A stretch of 64,000 nt of DNA from Eledone cirrhosa (taxonomy: Eukaryota), in the NCBI GenBank assembly GCA_964016885.1, contig OZ024740.1, positions 185,194,001-185,258,000 on the forward strand, written 5' to 3'. Shown one piece after another: positions 55,655 to 64,000 of the stretch; within the stretch, counting starts at the first letter, position 1, and every line of letters starts with the position of its first letter. The notes under the pieces were generated by a model. That model was given only the letters and a program-made list of their open reading frames with translations, was not told where the DNA came from and searched no databases. The position numbers and the translations under genes were made by a program.

Positions 55655-56028
55655 TGTTTCTACTTTTGGCACAAGGCCAGCAAATACCCAGTACATTACT
55701 GGTACTATATTTTATCGACCCCGTAAGGATGAAAGGCAAAGTTAACCTCGGCGGGATTTGAACTCAGAATGGCAAGGAAATGAAATAATGATTCAAGAAA
55801 ACATTTTAATTCACTCAGAGGGCTTTCCTATGCTGAACATAGAAACAGACATAATTGTTTCTACTTTAGGCACAAGGCCAGCAATTACCCAGTGCATTAC
55901 TGGTACTTTATTTTATCGACCCCGTAAGAATGAAAGGCAAAGTCAACCTCGGCGGGATTTGAACTCAGATCGTAAAGGGACGTAACTATGCTGGAAAGCA
56001 TGGTGTCTGACCCTCTACCGATACTGCC
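55655..56028 (-). mobile_element. Two SINE family A copies; the second has an 11-bp TSD
   Basis: ACAGACATAAT at 55845-55855 and 56029-56039. Confidence 0.9.
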
Positions 56029-57677
56029 ACAGACATAATGACATTTATTCTAATCAGGCAACACCCACTGATTTTTGAGTTCTTTCATGTTACCATTCTT
56101 AAAACAAAGCAGGAAATAGACTCGAAGCAATTATTTAAATTTGTAATTCAATAAGATATTTTTCTTTACAATTCAGCTTTAAGGGACCATTCAAAGTATG
56201 TTGTCGCTATAAAACCTCCATTGAAAATGTTACTATTGTATTTCTAAAAGCAATGTTATATTCAAATTTTCCCTTTTGCTATTAGCTTTATAGTTTTAAA
56301 CATTTTATAGCTGAAAATGTTCAATCCATTGTTTCAGCTTACACTGCATGAATCTTAGACTAAATTGAGATGGAGTTGAGTTTGTTACCATTTGTTTAAC
56401 TTACGTCAGATTTTCTGATCTAACATATTTCTTGAGATTTCAGTAGTGTGTTGGAATACATATTGAAAATGCTACTTTCACTTTCCATGATACTCAAGAG
56501 TGTATGAATTCAAACATTTTATTGTGTCTGGAAGGAGGAGATACATGTCTCCATTGACATCATAGGATCTGACGAGATCAATGCAGTTGAAACGTTGCCA
56601 GTCAACTGCTGCAGGACATTCATGAGCTTGATACGAATTCCAGGAAGCTGACATTCTGGAAAGGATTTGGGTTTTGTGGTTAGTGTAAAGAAACAGAGGA
56701 ATGAAAGAATTTAAAAGATGGGATGATCATACTTGTAACGCGTTTCAGCATAGGCTTGCTCCATCAGGACCAACGTATGGGCTAAATAACAACAGCTAAG
56801 TAATTTAGACTCAGAATATTTGTCTAGAAGCTAATGATTTTATATTTCTCATATTGAAAGATTATCGAACTTCATTTCTGTTTACACTTATTGGTGGGAT
56901 ACCAAATTGAAACCGGAAAATAGAATAAAGATATAATCAGCTACATCTTTATTTTCGTAATTGAGTTTAGAAGTAATGTTGTTCTGTATATCTATTGATC
57001 TTTTCAGCAAAGTACGATTATCAAATTTCATCAGGTATCCTTGACGGCGTGAATACAATGTAAGCCACAGTAAAACTGCAACTCAATGAATGCATTATGT
57101 TGTATCGGATATATCTTGAAGTCGCATTTTCAAAACACTGTGACAAAATAGTGGTGTATGAAGGTATATGCGTGGCAAAAAGTTTGTGTGTGTGATGTGC
57201 AAAGTCCATGCATATTATGGGCACCTTTTTTCCATTTTCATTTCTGCTCGCTTTCTCCACTTTTTGCAAATTTGAATGAAATTAGATTTACAACTTTCGC
57301 GTATGATTTGTGAAGTTTTCAAAGAAGCCAAGTTTGAGTGTTATGATATAATTACGTAGTGAAAATTCTTTGAAAGAGAGTCGTGTATTACACAAGTATG
57401 TGTCCGGTTGGTAAATAGAACGTCAGATGTTGTATTCTTTCATGGCATAAGTTATAAACAAAATACTAGATAATTTTGAAAAAGGTTATGCCCCGGCAAA
57501 AATGTTTATGGGAATCGATAAAATAATTTTATTACGATGTACTTTACCATTCATTACAATATATATCTGTATATATATATATATACATAATATATTTATA
57601 CATATGTGTGAATGTGTGTATATATATATATATAAATATATATATATATGCACATTTATATATATATGTATGTATAC

Positions 57678-57741
<64 letters not shown>

Positions 57742-57752
57742 ATATATATATA

Positions 57753-57938
57753 TAGGAACAAGTAAGACCCCGACGGCTGAGCTCAAGCCATTTCGACGGC
57801 TAATTCTGAATTAGCCGTCGAAACGGCTTGAGCTCAGCCGTCGGGGTCTTACTTGTTCCTATTACCCACTCTACTACCCTAAGTATTGAGTACTTTGGTG
57901 CGTTATGGTCCACCTGGTTCCTTACCACATTTCCTTCG

Positions 57939-57940
<2 letters not shown>
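57753..57940 (+). mobile_element. Hairpin element (54-bp arms plus about 80-bp tail) in (TA)n, copy 2
   Basis: Stem 57753-57861 centred on 57807; tail ttacccactctactaccctaag..ttccttcgtt matches copy 1. Confidence 0.88.
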
Positions 57941-57974
<34 letters not shown>

Positions 57975-58175
57975 TTATATATATATGTATGTATACATTA
58001 TATATATATATAGAGAGAGATATATATATATAATATATATATATACACATATTTATATATAGATATTTATGTATATATATATGTACATATCCATCATAAT
58101 TATGTGTATATATAATCTATATATATGTGTATATATGTACCCATGTGTTTATATACATATGCATAATATATATTT

Positions 58176-58216
<41 letters not shown>

Positions 58217-58321
58217 ATTTATATATATACATATATATATATATAAACATAATCTATATATACATATATATGCATAATACAGTATATGTATATATATATT
58301 TATATGTATGTATGTGTATGC

Positions 58322-58358
<37 letters not shown>

Positions 58359-58680
58359 TATGTATATATACATATGTAGATGCATATGTATGTGTATATA
58401 TATCTGTATGTATGTGTGTGTATATATATATACATGTATGTATATATATATGTGTACATATATATGTATGTATGTATATATATATGTATATATGCATATA
58501 TGTATCTCTCTATATATATATGCATATATATGTCTATATATATATGTATGTATATATGCATATATATATATATGCATATATGTGTCTATATATATATGTA
58601 TATATGCATATATGCATCTATATCTATATATATATGTATACATATTTATGTATATATGCATATATATATATATGTAAATA
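57941..58680. repeat. Compound (TA)n/(TATG)/(TGCA) microsatellite
   Basis: Direct reading. Confidence 0.95.
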
Positions 58681-59232
58681 TAAGTTGATGTGCTTTGATG
58701 TTTTTGTGAGATGTCAATAACCCACGCATCAGGCATATCGACCCGATTCTATTTTGACATTGGAATACCCAAGAGAGAGAGAAAAAATATTTTCATTGTT
58801 CTTCTGTTCAATGCTGTCTTCGACACTGTTTTGTGTAAAATGATTGTATTGGGGAAATTCACTTTGTTTATTGGCCTCCATTTATATAATAGTTCGTATG
58901 CAAATAATATAGCCTTTTTTCACATATGCAGCAATTTCCAAAGCTGCAAGCTGACTTGAACTGAAGAAAAGCGTACAAAAAATATAGAAGATAACTAATA
59001 ACCTTCCTATACACAATGGTTATGCTATAATATAATATATGACAATATATTATAATATATTATAATATACTATAATATTATATATTATTATGCTGTTGCA
59101 GTACTTCTATGCTTCGATTTCATTTTGAAACAAGATAGCGAATGTCTACTGAAGATAAATCTATAATTCTATCCAAAATTTTTTCATATATTTATTGTAT
59201 CAATAGATTCTATTATTATACTTCATATAACG

Positions 59233-59643
59233 ATGGTGGCATGGCAGTATCGGTAGAACGTCGGACTACATGCTTTGTGGCATATAGTTACATCCTGAGT
59301 TCCAATCCCGCCGAGGTCAGCTTTGCCTTTCATCCTTACAGAGTTGATAAAATAAAGTACCATTAATGCACTGGGGTCGATTTAATAGACTTTCCCTTCT
59401 CCTCTATTTTGTTGGAATGGTGCCTAAATCAGAAATCATTATTATACATCAAAGAGGGTAGAGAATTGGCAGTATCGGTAGAGGGTCGGACGCCATGCTT
59501 TGACGCATAGAGTTACGGCTCTTGCCATTCTGAGTTTAAATCCCGCCGAGGTTAACTTTGCCTTTCATCCTTACGGGGTCTATAAAATAAAGTACCAGTA
59601 ATGCACTGGGATAATTGCTGGCCTTGTGCCAAAAGTAGAAACA
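59233..59643 (+). mobile_element. Two head-to-tail SINE family A copies; the second has a 16-bp TSD
   Basis: A box tggcagtatcgg in both; ATTATTATACATCAAA at about 59438 and 59644. Confidence 0.9.
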
Positions 59644-60599
59644 ATTATTATACATCAAATAATCCTGATGCTACAAATAACTCTACTGAATTAATTTAAT
59701 CAAGTAAAAAGATGTCTCTTAGTCAGGGTTCCCCAGCCTGATCGATTTCAACTGTAGGATTGATGTTGAGCCGCTAAACAGAAAATAGTGGACCATTGGA
59801 TTTTGTGTAGTAAGAATGTATTTCAACATATGCTACTCGAAAAAAAATATTCAGCGCAGATGTATAAAGAAACTGTATAAAATAAAACAAGACGATGGGA
59901 ATAACTGGACCCCATTTCTAGATAAGATACAAACATCCCCACGGTCAAGGGCGATTTTAATATTTTCAATGCTTTTGAGAAGGATGACTAACATTCAAAT
60001 AGTTCTTCGAGCGATATAGTATTGTGTGTTCAGATATTCATCAGATAAGGGAAGACCAAGAACAACTTTGCCAGTAAAATTAAGAAGTGGCCTCAGGAAA
60101 AACTCGTCACTGCCGCCAGCACCGAGAGACCACACTTAGAATTGATACAGGTGATGATGTTTAAGAACTCCAACGACATGTTGTAGACAATGAGGCACGG
60201 ATGACAATGCCAGACAAAATATGAGAATCCCCAAATGAGATCTGCTCACAGCTCAGTGCGTATCCTTATACGAACAGATAGCTACTTGAAGTTGTTGGAC
60301 TGTATTGATCACCAAGTAATTGCAACATTCTTATGTTCTCGTATTTGTGGATTATTGAAAACGGACTACGAGTAATAATATAATTTGGTAAATGAAAATT
60401 GTTATATATTGTTCCTACAACTTTCTCTGTGTATTGTACGTGTTTTAAACACCTCAATATCTCCATTTAGGAAAAAATGTCGTCAAATCAGCATGTTTAT
60501 TTATCTTATGGAGTTGTCTCTTCTCTTTTGGTGTCTTATGTGTAACCAAATATTAAGCAAAGAAGCCATTTATATTCTAAACATACTGAACAGATGAAA

Positions 60600-61824
60600 A
60601 AAAACATTTGTCATATTACCTATAACTTAAGGCGACATTCGAAAATCAGGAAACATTGATTTCAGAATTTCAGAAAACTATTACGTGACAATATAACGGG
60701 ATGATTTTGTCATACATCATTGCGCTACTAGTGGCATATGTCAGTGTGTCCAACATCATAGGAGAAACATTATTTTGACCTTTTATTGAAGAAGTCTTTC
60801 GACTGTAATGCATAAAAACCATTTCCGCAATTTCCGCAATTTCTCAACGTATAGATGAAATGAACACCGAGGGCAAATATAAAATCATCCATAAATCTCC
60901 GGTATTTTGAATATTCCATACAGGTTGACGAATTAGAGTTGTGGTAAGTCAATGCTTGATGATAGTGTATGTTCATTTGTTAATGAAAATATTCAACTTT
61001 ATGAGGAGATGTTGTTTACTGATCAATTGTTACTTGATTCAAAATGTATGTCTAATTCAGAATTAATGAAGCTATTTTTTAATGAACACAGCATCACATT
61101 GAACAATATTGTTGCCTGTGCATCTGATCGAGCATCTGCTATGTTTGGTAGATACAGATGTTTCTCTTTTCTCGGAAAACTTGAAATTTCATATCCTGTT
61201 TTAACGGTCATTGCGTGGTTCACCGGTAGCTTTTAGTGGTGCAAAATATCGACGGCAGGCTGAGTGATATAAAGCAGTTAATTATTAAATCGGTGGACAA
61301 GCGTAAATTGAATTCTTTGTCTGAACGCATTTTCCGTCAACCCTGCATTGATAATGATTATGACGACCATATTGAAGTACAATGTTGATTAAAGGCAACA
61401 GTGTTGTCCATTATGTCATAATGTTTGATACAACAACGATATCTTTTCCAAAGCACTCCACTATCCACTTCTCTGATTATTTCAAAATGTGATAAATGTT
61501 CCGTAGTGAAACTTAACCTTCCGTAGTAAAAATTCTCTTGACCTTAAAACTAAATTACATTCTTTATAATTAAATTTAATAAAATACAGTTATAAATGTT
61601 TACGCTAGCTTTCATTTTGTTTTTTCTTTAATACAAAAAATAGCAGCAGCCGCATAAGTCAGCGCTATTTGTTACTTCCTTTTGACATTTTTACTACATC
61701 ATAAAATGTCAATTTACGAGCCAGTACAAACTTCTATCAAACATGTTTAGTAAGCTTTTGAAGATTTACAAAAGAAGTGAGTGGTGGAACAATTTTCTGT
61801 GTGAAAAAAATATTGGGAACTCCT
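60600..61824 (+). mobile_element. Decayed hAT (Charlie/Buster-like) transposon
   Basis: QVDE, EEMLF..L, FFNEHSI..NIVACASDRASAMFG peptides (LQLDE / TDGA..M.G motifs); 3' TIR-like ttgggaactcctg; 5' end not found. Confidence 0.7.
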
Positions 61825-62049
61825 GATCTACGTATTCACTCGGTCTCCTAGAAATATCAGCCAAAACACCCCCGATATCTCACCCTACCGTCTTAAAAGG
61901 CATGATCACTTTACATTGAATGAACAGTAATATGTGCAGTAATATACAATATATATTCATATTGTGTTGAAAGATTCATAAGATGTGTGCGACAATTCGT
62001 GAGTAAATCCGCATTTGATATTATATGAATGTTAATCTTTGTATAAATA

Positions 62050-62271
62050 TGCAAATACATACACACACACACTTAAATACATACACACACACACACACAC
62101 ACAGACAAACATACATACACACATGCACACATACATACATACATATATGCATATATATAAACATGCATATATATATATGCATATATATATATATATATAT
62201 ATATATGCATATATATAATTATGCATATATATATATATGCATATATATATATATATGCATATATATATATA

Positions 62272-62305
<34 letters not shown>

Positions 62306-62336
62306 TGCTTATATATATATATGCATATATATATAT

Positions 62337-62377
<41 letters not shown>

Positions 62378-62379
62378 TA

Positions 62380-62410
<31 letters not shown>

Positions 62411-62439
62411 GCATATCTATATATATATATATATATATA

Positions 62440-62481
<42 letters not shown>

Positions 62482-62497
62482 CATATATATATATATA

Positions 62498-62534
<37 letters not shown>

Positions 62535-62715
62535 GTGCATATATATATATGTATGCATATATATGTATATATATATGCATATATATATATATATATATAT
62601 ATGCATATATGCATATATATATATATATATGCATATATATATATATATGCATATATATATATATATGCATATATATATATATATATATATATGCATATAT
62701 ATATATATATATATA

Positions 62716-62751
<36 letters not shown>

Positions 62752-62874
62752 TATATATATATAGATACATATATATGCATATATATATATGCATATATAT
62801 ATATATATACATATATATGCATATATATATATATGCATATATATATACATATATATGCATATATATATATATGC

Positions 62875-62907
<33 letters not shown>

Positions 62908-63137
62908 TATGCATATATATATATATATACATATATATGCATATATATATATATACATATATATGCATATATATATATATGCATATATATATATATATGC
63001 ATATATATATATATATATGCATATATATATATATATATATATGCATATATATGCATATATATATATATATACATATATATGCATATATATATATATATAT
63101 GCATATATATATATATGCATATATATATATATATATA
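62050..63137. repeat. About 1.1-kb (TA)n microsatellite punctuated by TGCA
   Basis: Direct reading. Confidence 0.97.
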
Positions 63138-63716
63138 TTTCAGTATACATATGTGGATGTACATTTTTAACTTAATTGTTTAAGCGCCAGTCATACAAAA
63201 GTGAGTTACAAACGAAACGAAATTTAATTTCGTTTCGTTATTTGTTTTTATCGTCTCCGCTGAACCGGTACGTACTCACGCTCTATGCAAATTAGTCTGC
63301 CCACTACTAATTTTCATAGAAAAAGCATATAACGATATGTGCTTTTACGATTCTCTAGAAAGGCCGGAAGATAGGTAAATATTGCTGATGAGATGTAACA
63401 ACATCGAAACTAGTCCAATATTCCTTGTCTGGCTTTCTGGAGAATAGAGGAAAGGTGTTTCCTCAAAAACCAGTATGACTCTAAAAACCGGTTTGTCTGT
63501 GTGTTTACATACAGAATAGCTGGACACTCACAGTAAAGTGACCAGTGAAAAACTCGGTACATCTACATATGTACACGTATGTGTATTCATATGCATACTA
63601 GTATTTCAGTATACATATGTGGATGTACATTTTTAACTTAATTGTTTAAGCGTCAGTCATACAAAAGTGAGTTACAAACGAAACGAAATTTAATTTCGTT
63701 TCGTTATTTGTTTTTA
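63136..63716 (+). mobile_element. Retrozyme-like element: 466-bp unit with about 114-bp terminal direct repeat, inserted in (TA)n
   Basis: tttcagtatacatatgtggatg...tttgtttttat at 63138-63251 and 63604-63716; central HHR. Confidence 0.88.
63351..63445 (+). ncRNA. Type I hammerhead ribozyme motif (canonical core, extended stem I)
   Basis: AATATTG-CTGATGA-GATGT AACA ACATC-GAAAC-TA-GTC-CAATATT (63378-63422); stem I continues via AGG/CCT and ATTCTCTAGAAAG/CTTTCTGGAGAAT. Confidence 0.9.
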
Positions 63717-64000
63717 TATATATATATATATACATATATATGCATATATATATGCATACATATATATGCATATATATATATGCATATATATATATATATA
63801 TACATATGCATATATATATATATATAAGAGCAGAATCCCTAGAAATAGAAAAACGCTCATCAGAAAAATTAAGAGAACGAACAAAAAGATCAACAAGCTG
63901 AATTACTGTCTGCAGCAACACATCAACTTGACTGCCATTTCATCACTAGAGATTAAAAAACATAACCTCCAAAACAACATAATGTCCCTCATCAACAATC

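Noticed and set aside
56562-56600. CTGACGA..GAAACGTT hammerhead-like spacing
   Set aside because: Stems I and II do not pair convincingly; at best a heavily decayed relic
56870-57560. CpG-richer stretch with Cys/His-containing ORF 57021-57269, possible DNA transposon remnant
   Set aside because: No identifiable transposase motif or TIR pair
59724-59740. cagggttcccc as the 5' TIR of the hAT remnant
   Set aside because: No matching 8-bp TSD with the 61824 end

Overview
This is very AT-rich, repeat-dominated eukaryotic (animal) DNA. No host protein-coding exon, rRNA or true tRNA gene could be supported. The repeat landscape (huge (TA)n tracts, RTE LINEs with (GAT)n tails, tRNA-derived SINEs) suggests an invertebrate such as an octopod cephalopod, but that is inference. 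Nearly all ORF-track entries are microsatellite or chance ORFs. The real coding remnants are decayed transposons: RTE LINEs (one 2.2 kb, with a PHD finger inside ORF2), an R4/Dong-like RLE LINE, a Penelope-like element (RT + GIY-YIG), a DD37D Tc1/mariner element and a hAT remnant. The main hidden signal is non-coding: about a dozen type I hammerhead-ribozyme (HHR) motifs (intact, degenerate or half) from several unrelated sequence families. They sit in 0.2-0.8 kb non-coding elements, mostly inserted in (TA)n tracts, as tandem, terminally redundant or inverted units. These look like retrozyme / Penelope pseudo-LTR elements copied from circular or multimeric RNA, with a Penelope-like element carrying its own HHR as a candidate helper. 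All RNA folds were done by eye and none was tested.
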